This document shows, piece after piece, positions 22,295 to 34,809 of a stretch of DNA of 64,000 nucleotides. The translations under genes were made by a program, and so were the position numbers. Numbering within the stretch: the stretch's first letter is position 1; each line of letters opens with the position of its first letter. The DNA is from Alloascoidea hylecoeti. Lineage: Eukaryota. Location: contig BCKZ01000015.1 of assembly GCA_001600815.1 (NCBI GenBank), positions 496,001 to 560,000 of the forward strand. Direction: 5' to 3'. The notes below the pieces were generated by a model. The model was not told the DNA's origin, did no database searches, and worked only from the letters and a program-made list of their open reading frames with translations.

Positions 22295-22486
22295 CGTTTT
22301 CAAATTTGTTGTGATACGTAAGAAGAAGGATATTGCTATGTGTGGGAAGTGGAAATTCTCTCCCTAAACAAGTTCTGAAAAGTACGCCTTCAAAAACAAA
22401 ACATCGTATATTTCAGTCCGAATACAATTTTCATTCCCACCTTCTAATATACCAAGTACTTCAATCGAGAGTCCCAAATAGCCTGA

Positions 22487-23152
22487 ATGTTTTCTTCTCT
22501 ATTAAGAAGTGCCCAATCGATTCTGAAAACCCCTCTAAGACAGGCAGCTATACGGAGTGGAAGCTCTACTTTTAGTGGTGTTGGTCCCTTCACTTCGCTG
22601 TTTAACACAAACCCAATCAGACATTTGCCAAATCTCAATACTCAAAGTTATCGCTACCTTACACTGAATCAACTCAAAAGGGGGGCAGGTAAACCAAGAA
22701 AGAAGAGACTTATAAAATCCAGAGATCTTAAGCAATGCCCACAGAAAAAGGGTGTTGTACTTCGTATAATGTTGTTAAAGCCCAAAAAGCCAAATTCTGC
22801 CCAGAGAAAAGCAGCCAGAATTCGATTGACAAACGGACAACATATTTCTGCATATATACCAGGTGAAGGTCATAATGTAAGTGGTATTTAATCTTTAGAA
22901 ATCTTGAGAATCATATTAACAGCTTCATAGGCACAAGAACATTCCGTTATTTTGGTCAGAGGTGGTCGTTGTCAAGATCTCCCTGGTGTCAAATACCATT
23001 GCGTTAGAGGAACAGCAGATTTAAGTCCTGTTGCAGATAGAACAACATCCAGAAGTAAATATGGAGGTACGTTAAAGAAATTAAGATATAACTGTGAATT
23101 ATACTAATCAGATTTTAATCTAGTCAAAAAACCAAAAGTTGCTAAAGCATAA
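22487..23152 (+). CDS. MRPS12: Mitochondrial ribosomal protein uS12m; introns 22877-22930, 23067-23123
   Basis: [57 protein letters not shown]. Confidence 0.96.
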
Positions 23153-23854
23153 TTATGATACATATAAAGTTATTATGAATTATTAATTGTATATACTATT
23201 TCATAACTGTCGATTTGCTCATCACAACATAGATTCATGCTTCTTAGTTATAATATCATAGTTTTATGTTTGTAAATTATGATAATAATATTGAAGTCAT
23301 TTAGAAACTGAACTGATATATCTTGATGATTTTCCTCTGGGCCTTATATGGTCATTAATGTATTAAGTAAATGAAATTTACCGTTATCCTAGTTCTGTAA
23401 TATTGGTCTGATTATTTATGTTAAAGTTAACCTAGTAGCAATAGTTCAATGATAAACGTCCTATAAAAATAATTAAATGTTCTATTTATTGATTCAGTTA
23501 TTTTATTCTTTTACTCTTTTTTTCTTTCTATTATCTTTTATTAACAATTGTAAGCTTAAGTTCTCAAAATCGTTTTCCCTGATTCATGTTTGGGTAAAAA
23601 CTTACACTCCCCATAATACTATTACATCGACTCTACTCACTTAAAATCATAATTATAATTATAAACCGGTACATATCACATTATAATTCTAATTGAACAC
23701 GTCGTAACCTCAAAAGTATCGTTCATTAGTTGAAAACATACTGATTTATCGCAAAATATTGAAATTTAACTTTCTTCTTGAACTTTTCTTCACAGTACTC
23801 CCAAGCGAAGAAAATTTTAAAGAAACAGATCTATCGCAGCAATATCATCACACC

Positions 23855-24927
23855 ATGGTCAGGATAATACCGTCCACTATACGCCAAAGGTTTAGAATAG
23901 ATCAGGATATTAATGATCAGGATGATCTTGATGACGAAATAAACGAAAATGATGATATTTTGACACCACCTCCTGGCTTCGATGAAAGCGTTTCGGAAAC
24001 GCCATCCTCAAGTCGAAGATACAGCAATTCGCACCCACCCCTGAAATACCTTGGATTACGGCTGGTTAACTCAAGGCAATATTTTATTTTGAGATTCTTT
24101 AGAGTATGTTTTTTTAAGAAGTTTAGACGACGATCAAAGTTTAAGTATAAGTACTAATGCTCATTGAAGGATCTTGCATTGATTCCTTCGGTTTATGGCG
24201 TCTGGAATTGTTTTGATGAGGCTAAACAACTTCATAACCTCCCTGGATCCCCTTTCGCAACATCTTCCGCCCGTTCTTCGGAATTCTTATTAGCAGCCAT
24301 ATGGGTAAGTCAAATCTGTTATCAAATTTTAAAAAATTGATTGGTATCAACTAACTGAAACATTACAGGCCATTGTAGCTGGTTATCTATCATACAGTGT
24401 ACTTGACGGATTAATGATCCGATGGTATGTTAAATTACTCTCATGACTTGATCCGAAATTTGGTATTAACTTACCAATATTAGGATTGTGATATATACAA
24501 CACCCGCTGCTTTTGTTCGCATGTTTTGTTCATCGGCTCTTATAATAACGATAATCCAAATACTGTTATCAATATTTGATAAATCATATTGTCTGCCTGT
24601 TTGGATACTAGTGTCTTGTGTAAGATTTGTCATATTCTTTGTCGTCTAATAGTTAACTAACAATCGCCATCCCCAACTTAGCTTCTTACGGTCGCCTATA
24701 TTATTCAGAACTTCGTTACAAGCAACTTAGCATTTGAAAGATCAAGGTCGGTAGATATATATCATGTCGCTGTCTTTGCAGTGGTTCCATTAGGTGTTGC
24801 TAGTTTTTTGACAATGATAGGACTTTTACGAAACCTCATGATATTACGAGTTGAAATGGAAAGTAGAGAAGTTATTACACCATTTGTTACAGGTATGTCA
24901 TCAACAATATCTGGAAGACTAAGTTAA
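23855..24927 (+). CDS. EOS1: N-glycosylation/ER membrane protein Eos1; introns 24104-24169, 24305-24368, 24425-24483, 24620-24681
   Basis: Spliced product contains LGLRLVNSRQYFILRFFRDLALIP, RSSEFLLAAIWAIVAGYLSYSVLDGLMIRWIVIY and YIIQNFVTSNL. Confidence 0.85.
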
Positions 24928-25559
24928 TTATAAACGAGGATATTACCATCTGAATAAACTTATATGAACAAAACGCAAACTCCTTTTGAAATGTTGCTAA
25001 AAACTTCATGGTGTGTCATAAAAATAAAGCGAAGGCATGAAAAAATATCCTACGAAGTTGTCTATCTCAATTAATTACAAGACGAGATCTTTTATTCCAA
25101 ACTTCTTGAGATTTACTCTAATGATTTCGATTGTTGATTATTTATTTCTTTTTATTGTAATTCTTCATTTTTATTTAAATCTTTTTCGCCCTCATTTGTA
25201 TTCTCATCATGATCAATTAAATCATAGCTACTATATTAATATTAACTTTAAATTTGTTTGCAATTGTTTTAGTTAACAAAATATGTAATGTCCAACAAAA
25301 AAAGAAGCATGCTTAGATTCAAACGTAAATATATTTTACTATATTATATGGAAGATTTTTATTTATATACAATTAGATTTATTCTAAACGTGTATTTACA
25401 AACATAGGTACCAATATTAGTACCAGCAAACAACTTAATTAGAAACCAAAGATAATATAAAGCCACAATTATCTATATTTGGTTTATTGTGATTATCTTA
25501 TTAGGCTCTTTAAAAGCAGATTTATCAATATTATCTTTTAGATCCATATATAAATTTGA

Positions 25560-26092
25560 TCAACGAGGTAACTCGGCAGAAGCTTGTTGAATCCTGCTAA
25601 CATATGTTCGTGATATTAAATTCCAAGCTGACAGGTACTTTTGAGTGCATTGATTAACACAATTCTAAAATGTCCGTTAGTATAATTGTGAATAGTAGAT
25701 CATTTATCAAACAACGTGATATATATTTTATACTTACTTGTTCAGAGGATGAGAGTGAAGCGCCTGGGGATTTTATACATTTATCAAAACAATTCTCACT
25801 CAATTTCTATGATAAAGATTTTATTATTAGTAGCTGTCTTTGAAAGGTTCCTCTACCTTATAATTGTAACATCAGGTTGGAGCCAGCGCCATAAATATAT
25901 ATTTGCAACATCCTCAAGTATCTGATTGCAACAACAGGAACATACATTAATTAACTCGTTAACATTAGCGACATTCAACTCTTGAGTGATTTGTTCCTTA
26001 ACTTTGTTTTTTATTTGTGTAGACTGAACAGAATTAGGTGAAATGGAACCTGAGCTTCCTGAGGAGCCAAAAACGTTGGTCAGTGCGGACAT
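25560..26092 (-). CDS. TIM13: Small Tim chaperone Tim13; introns 25807-25945, 25665-25737
   Basis: ELNVANVNELIN|KLSENCFDKCI..EQ|NCVNQCTQKYLSAWNLISRTYVSR, a twin Cx3C motif. Confidence 0.92.
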
Positions 26093-26714
26093 TATATCAG
26101 ATTAAATTGAAAAATATGGTAAGATTCAATTTCAAGATATGGACAGTGCTGTTTAACGATCGGAAGGTTAAAAGATGCCTTATAATTGGTTATGTGACTT
26201 CAATTGGTAAGAAAATATGATGGAGTGGTATATCCGGGTAAATCTTGATTGATTGAGGAAAAATCTATGTTACCGTTTTTTACACATATCAAACTGACGT
26301 TGTGCTTCAATCTATAGCTATGATAAAGATATAAACCTAGCCACTAGTGGACAGCTATAACTTATATTATGTTAAATAATAGGCGACTTTTCATCATGGT
26401 ATTACAATCAATTTAAATATTAATAATAATGGCCATAATGGTATTTTTCAAATGATTTATTACTGAAGAATACATGCGATGAATACGCTTATGTTTAGTA
26501 TATATTATGATCACCAATAAACAGCATTATCTCATTTTTATACAATAATTATATTTTTTATTATAATTATTGTTTAAAAATGAACATGAAATTTAAAAAA
26601 TTGTATAACGCTAAAAAGTTTTAATTATAAAGAAATGCATAGAGCAAACAGTAGAAGGGTTAAAAAGTAACTAGATTAACATCATTATAAAGAGTATGTA
26701 CGAGTCCATGATTT

Positions 26715-28001
26715 TTAAGCAAATAAAGCAAACAAAATAGGGATTAATCCAAGAACTTTGGATGTAGAGATTGTTTGACCAGCCCCGCTGCTACTAGATG
26801 CCGCACCGGTAGACGTAGATTTAGAAGCACCACGGCCAGAGGAAGTTGGAGAAGAAAGATTTGAAGTTGACGATGGATGTAAGGCTGATTCTGATTCTGA
26901 TTCGCTAGGAGTGGTAGCTTTTGAAGTTTTTGAGCTTTGAGAAGTAGTAGATGACGCCGAAGATTTAGAGCTCGAAGAACTAGAGGTACCACTACTTGTA
27001 ACAATAGAGGTGCTTTCTTTAGAAGATGTGGATGAGCTTGAGCTTGAAGAACTAGCTTCAGAGGATTTAGAAGATGTAGAACCAGAAGTTGCCAAACTGG
27101 AGCCTGTACTAGAATAAGATGTAGAACTAAAATCTGAAGTTGAAGAAGAGGTAGAACTAGAAGATGATGGAACATCACCATTGATTCTTCCATATACGTG
27201 ACCATCGACAGCTTCAATTGATTGCCAAGAACCAGATTGATCAGTGTACTTATATTCTTTACCAGTGGAATAATCTTCAACGGTAAGAGATTTGACAAAC
27301 ATTGAAAATGGGAGTGCACTGTAATCAGTTTCACCTCCTGCCCATTGAATAGTGCCTGGAGCGTTACCGGGATCACCTGCTGCCCAAATACCAAGGAAGA
27401 TGGCCTGTGGCGATTGTGGATATCCAGAAGACGTTGAATTTAACAAAGTTCTTACTGGAGTACCATCAATAGACCATACTAATTTATCCATACCCCAATC
27501 AATTGTATAAGTATGATATTGAGCCTGGGGAAGATAGACACCAGCAAATCCACCTCTGTCATAAGTTGTCACATCACCTTTTGAAAAGAAATTTGTTTGG
27601 ACTTCAGTATCATCGCCACCTAACCATTCAAAATCAATCTCATCTCCATCATCACTTTGCATAAAGAACGAGGAAGCAATACCAACACCTGGGGCTGCTT
27701 TGAAAACAGCTTCTGCCTTACCATACATGATATAAAAATTACTTTTGATGTTTGGATTATCAAATCTCTTGTTCATAGTTAAGGACAAACCATTCTCAGG
27801 AGTATAGTCATAGGTACCTCTGTCTACTTGGTTTGAAAAGTCAGGAGATAAACCTTTGGTAAAATCCAGACTGATGGTGGAGCCAAGGGCTTGGTTTGCA
27901 GCGCATGTTGACTTTAAAGGGTTGCACGCAGCAGCATGGGAGGTTGAATAGAGATTTGCAAGAAAGACAGCATATAAACCGATAGAATTATGGAAATGCA
28001 T
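26715..28001 (-). CDS. CRH1: CRH-family GH16 chitin transglycosylase, GPI-anchored (paralog 1)
   Basis: Signal peptide, CNPL, catalytic DEIDFEWLG, GTIQWAGG, a long Ser/Thr stalk and a hydrophobic C-terminus. Confidence 0.9.
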   Translation of the reverse strand: MHFHNSIGLYAVFLANLYSTSHAAACNPLKSTCAANQALGSTISLDFTKGLSPDFSNQVDRGTYDYTPENGLSLTMNKRFDNPNIKSNFYIMYGKAEAVFKAAPGVGIASSFFMQSDDGDEIDFEWLGGDDTEVQTNFFSKGDVTTYDRGGFAGVYLPQAQYHTYTIDWGMDKLVWSIDGTPVRTLLNSTSSGYPQSPQAIFLGIWAAGDPGNAPGTIQWAGGETDYSALPFSMFVKSLTVEDYSTGKEYKYTDQSGSWQSIEAVDGHVYGRINGDVPSSSSSTSSSTSDFSSTSYSSTGSSLATSGSTSSKSSEASSSSSSSSTSSKESTSIVTSSGTSSSSSSKSSASSTTSQSSKTSKATTPSESESESALHPSSTSNLSSPTSSGRGASKSTSTGAASSSSGAGQTISTSKVLGLIPILFALFA

Positions 28002-28974
28002 TTTAGTATGCTAAACGAACGAATGGAAGAAAGTAACGAGTAATGGAGAAAGGAAGGGTTTATATATGTTTTTCAAATTAGCCTTTTCTATTTGTGGTTG
28101 ATATCCTTACAACTTTCCATCCTTCAACCCTTCACACGTAACCTTTTTGTGCACCTTGAACGTAAATTAACTAGCATCCCAGCTAGTATCCGTAGTCAAT
28201 TGTACACCTGTTATCAGATCATGAAGTGACATCTGTTGCATTTCAAAAAGATATTTTTAGCCATAATTAATGCATATATATACATCTATATTTGGATCCA
28301 AAACCGACACAAATTTAAAAGGTTTTAAAACAATAAATTTAACTGCATCGCCAAGCTTTGTCGTATATTTAAATCCGTAAATACGAGAATGTTTAATTTT
28401 CTAAAATAAACACCTGCATTCACGTGATGAAGTCTCAAAAGTATAATATCATATGCATTTTTTTTTCATGGTAATTACTAGTAATCTTTACAATGGTTTG
28501 CCCTGAAGCGACTACAACGTTGTACACTTTTGAAATAGATCATGTAATGATAATGGTGTAAACATCACTGGACTGAGGACTCTGGCAAGTCACTGAAGCT
28601 TGAAACTTTAACGGTTTAACCGCCTGCGCCACCTTTATCCATTCAAAGAAGCATGGCCGAAAAAAAGTTTTTTAGTTAAAGAAGTCATTCTCTTGGAACG
28701 AGCATCATCGTGTTTCAGCTGAGAAAAAAATACTGGCCAACAATAAAAATTTCTTTACAATTAGATATTGAATACAATAACTGTATCTCTATGATGATTC
28801 TTTATAAAGTTGTGATTTGAGCCCTTATATAAGAAAAAACAAAAATCCTGAAACTTAAGCAATATTTAATATCAACTTTTTCGAAACCAAAATCTACATC
28901 TAGAATAAATTTAAAAATTAATTGATTGATACTGCTTTACTATAGTAAGCTTTCACACAACTTTAGTAGGTACT

Positions 28975-29571
28975 GACACCAATTGAGACACCTTCTTGTT
29001 TGCAGTTGGGACTAACACCTTGACTGATCTATTTTCCTGACCGAGTGTAAACCCTATTCCATCAGGGTTCTATTTATTATAATGATATCTGTTGAATAAC
29101 CATTATAGCCAGTTGTAACAATATGATACCTCTTTTTCTGTCCGAAGCAAAGTATGTGAAGGTAATACTAGGCAATGTATGCGTCCAGTGAGTTGGCACG
29201 TTTATATCCCAACCCAGAATGTCGATTAATAAAGACCGTGCCCATATAGTACACTTTGGTGGATTTTTTAAAACTTCTCCAGTTGTCTTGCTTGTTCAAA
29301 ACACACGTCTCGATATACTGATTAACGACTCGAAAAAAAAGGGCTCTATCTAGGGTGCAACCAAAATTTGCCTTTTCCTGGATATTCTGTAAGATTTCGG
29401 TCTACTCTCTAGTACCGTAAGCTTTTGTTGCAACTGGTTGCTAATCTATTTGGCTTATCAGTGAAACAACGCGTGAGTTTGCATATGTACTATGTAGGGT
29501 AGTTTCTTCTAAATTTTGAACATTTCCCAGTTTCTAGGCTTTTTTTTTGGTTTTGTATTGGTATTGGCCAT
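28975..29571 (-). mobile_element. Decayed pogo/Fot1-type (Tc1/mariner superfamily) transposase fragment
   Basis: Minus 29398-29168 reads EILQNIQEKANFG..TVFINRHSGLGYKRANSLD, a CENP-B-type HTH ending in F..RH..L. Near 29070-28990 it reads NPDGIGFTLGQ..KVLV, matching NxDETGFxlG. Stops and frameshifts are present; no TIRs identified. Confidence 0.7.
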
Positions 29572-30642
29572 TTTGGGTAGTACTGTTAAGTTTTAATATG
29601 TTAGCTTAAGTAGACAGATAAAGAATAAAGTTGTGCTTCTTTTACGGAGACTTCAAACAAGAAATGGAAATATCATAATCAGCTACTGAGTATTCTACGG
29701 TTCTCCAAATGGTACGTATTGTTCCGTAAATTCTCAAGATTCCATTAGTATATAGTAATATAGTAATATAGTAATATACTAAACACTATATATAAAATGG
29801 CATTTTAACTTCAGTATTTAGTGTTGGAACTTGGAATCCTTAACGCCATAAGCGACTGTCACTATAGAGTTGATCAGATTTTCGATGACACCCAGATCCA
29901 CGAGGTCCCATTGTCCTAAGTTTGAAAGACACTCGATATATTAGATCTTTATTCACTTTCACATTACGTGGAAGGCAATTGAGGAGATTCCACATGCATA
30001 TGTGTTCAATTGAATTTAGGGCGAAGGAAGCCACTCCAACACGATGTATGCTACCGCGCAAATATGGCATCCTCATGAATCTCTTCAAAAGCTTCTTCCA
30101 GAAGATGTGTATGGTAGTGCTCGTTTTCTTCTCCTGAGGATCCCCAACCATTATAAGACCTATACTGTTTAGAATGACCCTTTTTAAATTCCAACACATG
30201 CCATATTACTTACAGACTCAGAATTCCTTATAACGATTATTTTGCCCGAATGCCTGACGTCGACCTTATACTGTTCCGAATCTATATCCTGTAGCAATCG
30301 AACATTCTTCATGAAATACTACACAATCCTAAACTTTATGAGCTCAATCCATTCTTTTTCCTTATATTTTCATTTCTATAGTACCTCTCTTTCAGAAAAA
30401 GCTTTTTACACCGAAAATATTCCATATTCATGCTTTTTATTAGGATCACCTCGAAAATTAAAGGGCAACTCTTTATCCCGCTGTATAATTTATAATGATT
30501 TCTATTATTATTGGACTTACTATGTATCCCAAGCATATTGATGTTGAGTAACTGTATTACTAAGATTCCTTTGGTATTGGTCAACAAAATATATATTAAT
30601 TTTTTTATACAGGTATAGATATAATAATAATATTTATATGCT

Positions 30643-31171
30643 TTATTTACCATAAAATTGGTTCTGATTGCGTTGAGGATTCATATAATTCCTCATTTGA
30701 ATATTTATTAATGGTTGAATCTTCTTCATGTTCTTCATTCTTAATATTATCTTTGGCTGCCTCCCAAAAAACCCAGTGGATTTAGTTTGTAATAAATTTC
30801 CTTTAGAAGTACAACCGCAAAATCTTGCCAAGTTATACCTATTTGATCTAGTACTGTCTTCCCGTATCTTGTAAAATCTCATATAATTCAACACTTGCTT
30901 ATTAGATAAATTTCTAAAAGAGTCAACTGATGCCAAAACCGGGAAACTGTTTGGTTCTCTACCATCATCATTAGTCATGGAAAGATATGGGTAAGCATAA
31001 TCATTACCTCTTTTTCTGTTTGATAAATTGTTTACTTGGCGTTTTTTTTTTCGTTTTAAATCAATGATCTCTCGTTCTGTTTTCATTTTGTAGATTTCGA
31101 ACCACTTTGGTATACGATTATTATCAATAGTATTCACTGGAAGGTTATTTCCAATATAATTTTAGGGGCAT
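30643..31171 (-). pseudogene. Mug135/DUF1773-like gene, frameshifted near start
   Basis: PKWF, a coiled coil, then DGREPNSFPVL..FRNLSNKQVLNYMRFY..NLARFCG, typical of this fungal family. ATG 31171 is one base out of frame with the body. Confidence 0.55.
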
Positions 31172-31728
31172 TTTCGTTGAAAAATTCTTTTTTGATTAAT
31201 ATTAATTATTAATAATTGATCTATGTTTTTAAAGACTATAAAAAGAAGTGATTGTGGTCTTTATACCAACCCAGACCACCTATATCCAGAAATAAGGTTG
31301 AATTCATTCGGTCATCATTTCTTTAAATGACAGTATTAATTACCAAAAAGCAAGAATTTTTTTACTTCAATGAGACTGAACAAGCTACCCCAATAAAAAA
31401 AGTTTGTGGTTAATAGAACCAAGTTAGAAAGTGGGTTATGATCAAAGTTGCACAAGTCATTCTACAAAAAAGAAGCGCTAAGGTTATAACTATATGCTTA
31501 AACATTTGTTGTATACACATGTATTGTAATTTTAATTTGATGTGCGGCTAACTATTATACGTCGTGGTATACGATGATAATTCTTGTTAAAAAGTTGCAG
31601 TCAAAAATAACCATTAAAATATCCTAGAGAATAAGTTTTTTCCTTTACAGCTCGAGGTTATTACTAGGATAAGAATGCATAGTTATCTATATTGTTAGTA
31701 ATAAAAAAAAACAACATCTGTTATAAAA

Positions 31729-31949
31729 AAGAAGAGTGAGCATTTTGTTCGATTTCCAACTCTATTATGTGATTTTTTTATTACTACCATAGTTTATAAA
31801 TAAGAAGACTGGACATCCTGTTCAATTTCCATTTTTATTTGCATAATGGATGTCCTCCTGACTGCTAAATATATAAGAAAAATGAACATTTTGTTCTTCC
31901 CACTCCATTGTAAGAAAAGTGAACATTTGGTAAATTTCCAAACTTTATT
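31729..31949. repeat. Degenerate ~37-bp tandem repeat
   Basis: AAGAARRxTGRRCATYYTGTTC..TTCC units start at 31729, 31802, 31875 and 31912. Confidence 0.6.
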
Positions 31950-33277
31950 TGGGCAACTAGTTATGAACTTTTATGAACTGTAAATAGAAAGCATTATCTC
32001 ATTTTATCAAATCTTAATTTCCTACCACAGTTAGTTTCTTTTTTAGGCATATTTTTCTTGGGCATTAACCGGTACAAATATAGGCAAATTTGACACTTAA
32101 AATTCAATTTGTAAATTTAGAAGCACATCCCATGTATTCTTGTATCATATAAATGGAATTATGTCAAAGCGATAAAACTTACACATATAGGCCTTATATA
32201 TATAACAAGTACGAGTAGCAAACGAACAACTCAAATAATACAATATTGAAGTACCGGTAGTATATATAATATGAACTACATACTCTATATCGAATATTAA
32301 TCTGTGAATCCAAAGGTTTGACATCAAATTTAAAGAAATATCAATCGATATCAATTTAATTTGTTTGTGCATTGTTCATGATTATCTAAAATGAATACTC
32401 TCGCTCTTCTTCAAACTTGAATTTTATTTGTCTTTTCTGAATTTATATAAGTTATAAGCAGCTTTATAAGGAATTATAAAGAATTCCCTTCCCCTTAGTA
32501 TGGTTGAGGCATATGGTAAATTATTGTGGAAAAGGCAAATGAAAGATCATGTATATATAACTTATACAATGTAAAATAATTAACAAATTTACCATTTGAA
32601 TGGGCTTTCCGATATTGTGCCTATTATTGGCTATAACATTAATGAAATGGTGAATCATGTGAATAACATGGCACGACATCCATCTTTGCTACGTGTTCCA
32701 CCTGCTGGTTGGCAGCAAAGACTTCTAAAACCTATGAGAAAAAAGAAAAAGCTCCAGGTTCTCTTGTGTCTCATCAAATCCTTACACTCTTCATATAAGA
32801 AATAGGCAATAAATAATTTTGTTAAGTTTTAAAAAATGTTTTAGTTTTTGTGTTATTTATGGAGTTCACACGATTGTTGGTGGACAGATCCTATAGGTAT
32901 AAACATTTGGGAGAAGTGGATGGTGAAATATTACTTTGAAAAATGTAAATTGTAAAGTTTTTTAAACGTATACTCCCCATTAATCACTATTATATAATCA
33001 TCCCCCTTATTCTATTGATATGTGTCTATTCATCTTCATACAGTTGTAGACATATATTTGTACCAGTAGTTATGAAGTCCCTTATAGCTACATACTAAAG
33101 AAAACTCAGAAAGTTTTGTAATGACCAGTAACATTGTAGTTATGATGAACCATCAGAAAATTTGCTTAATATATCACCTCTATTTAAAGAGCTCTGATCT
33201 TTCTCTTGAACATTGATATTTAGTCAGCGTTACTGCAATGAAAAAAGGAAGCAGATTTAAATGTTTTCAGAGGTAAA

Positions 33278-33655
33278 TGTAGACATAAGGAAGTAAAAGT
33301 TAAGGTCGCCGTAATAAATATCCAATCCGATTATCTAGGAAATTATACTATTATATGGATATGGCAACAAACAATTCAATAAAATGCAAGGTATTATAAG
33401 TGATGGTTCAATTAAGAAGCTTATATTAAAAGAACTAAAAAAACAACAAGCAAGATTCAAGAAGACAAACTAAGGACTCGTGGAAGATTCGCTAAGTACT
33501 CGTGATTACTATAATTAGTGATCCCTCTCCCTGAGCTTGAGAGAAACAACAGAGGTTATATAGTCCTGGCTGAGACTACACATGGACTATATAGACTAAC
33601 GAATAGAACAACGAGATGGCAATAATAAAGCAACGAGATTAGACGATCTGTTACA
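33278..33655. mobile_element. Candidate solo LTR (378 bp)
   Basis: Bounded by TGTA...TACA and flanked by TAAA on both sides, with strand-skewed composition and internal TATA-like motifs. Confidence 0.35.
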
Positions 33656-34740
33656 TAAAATCATCTATTTTATAATGGGAATCCTTATCAGAGTAACCAC
33701 TACTTTTTTTTTATCATAAATTCATAATACCAACATACAGGCTTAGAAAATCAATATAGTAATATTACTCTCCTCGGTGTTCCACCAGAACCCCAGCCCC
33801 AATTAGGGTTCTTGACAGCCATTAGGAAAGCCGTCTCGAGAGAATCACAGAGAGCTGATATTATGCAGTATAATATAATATCAATAATGTGACAACTACC
33901 TGTTTATTTACCCAGGTTTAATACATATATATTCTTATTATTAATTAATTTGACAATTTCGATGAAGCAATTCAAATTAGATTATGTAATTTATGTAACT
34001 TCATTATATAATGGAATTTTATGTAAGTTGAGCCAAGGAGTGTGGCTGTGGTTGTATGGTTGTAGATTATCAGCATTCGTGTACCTTCGCTTATTAGTTC
34101 CTTATTATTTGATGGCTCTTTAAGAGTTCCGCGTTCGGCTATATTTGCTGGTGTTTGTATCATTATTTGACATGGTGTTGGCTTAGATTAGGTTTTTACC
34201 CGATGGTGAGCACCCGATAGCCTGCTTGGTTGAGTGGTGGATAAAAGACCCAGTCATTCGCCGTATTTTGTTATGCCTTTGCTTTCCAATGTAAAACAAT
34301 ACGTACCTCGTGCTTAATTCCTTTCTGTCAATATACATTTTTCTGAACAGATTTTGATAATTCAGAACATTATCACCAAGAACCGCAGAAGAAGAAAGAC
34401 TATTGATAAGTTATTATTTTTGTTTTTAAATTATTCCCCATTTAATTGGATTAGGTTTAGGTTCAGATGATAATCATTGTTCAGAGGCAATGAATTTGAA
34501 TTTAAAATAATCACTTTCTAAATCTATTATTTCATGGTGATTAGTTTTTAATTTGTAGAGTATATTCATTTTCAATAATTGGACTTCTTGCTAACAAAAC
34601 GGAATTTGGGAAAATATAATTCTTAATTAAGCAGGGGTAAGAAATTTTGGGCAATTTCTGATACATACCTTATATATGAAGTGCCTTTTTCTCTATCACG
34701 TTTAATCATACCAAAATTAACATTTGAATTAACATATACC

Positions 34741-34764
34741 TTATTATTTTTATTATTTTTATTA

Positions 34765-34808
<44 letters not shown>
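34741..34808. repeat. (TTA)n microsatellite
   Basis: Direct reading: a TTA run, with TTATTATTT variants at the left end. Confidence 0.95.

Positions 34809-34809
<1 letters not shown>

Noticed and set aside
25807..25945. C/D snoRNA in the long TIM13 intron
   Set aside because: A CTGA is present, but there is no good RTGATGA box C and no recognisable rRNA-complementary guide.
29840..30199. ORF with HRVGVASFA as a tyrosine recombinase (Crypton/DIRS)
   Set aside because: It has no proper H-x-x-R spacing, upstream Arg or downstream G-x-W..Y motif, and is better explained as a frame of a decayed gene.
31729..31949. Repeat-spacer pattern as a CRISPR-like array
   Set aside because: The context is eukaryotic, the repeats are too degenerate and irregular, and there are no cas genes.
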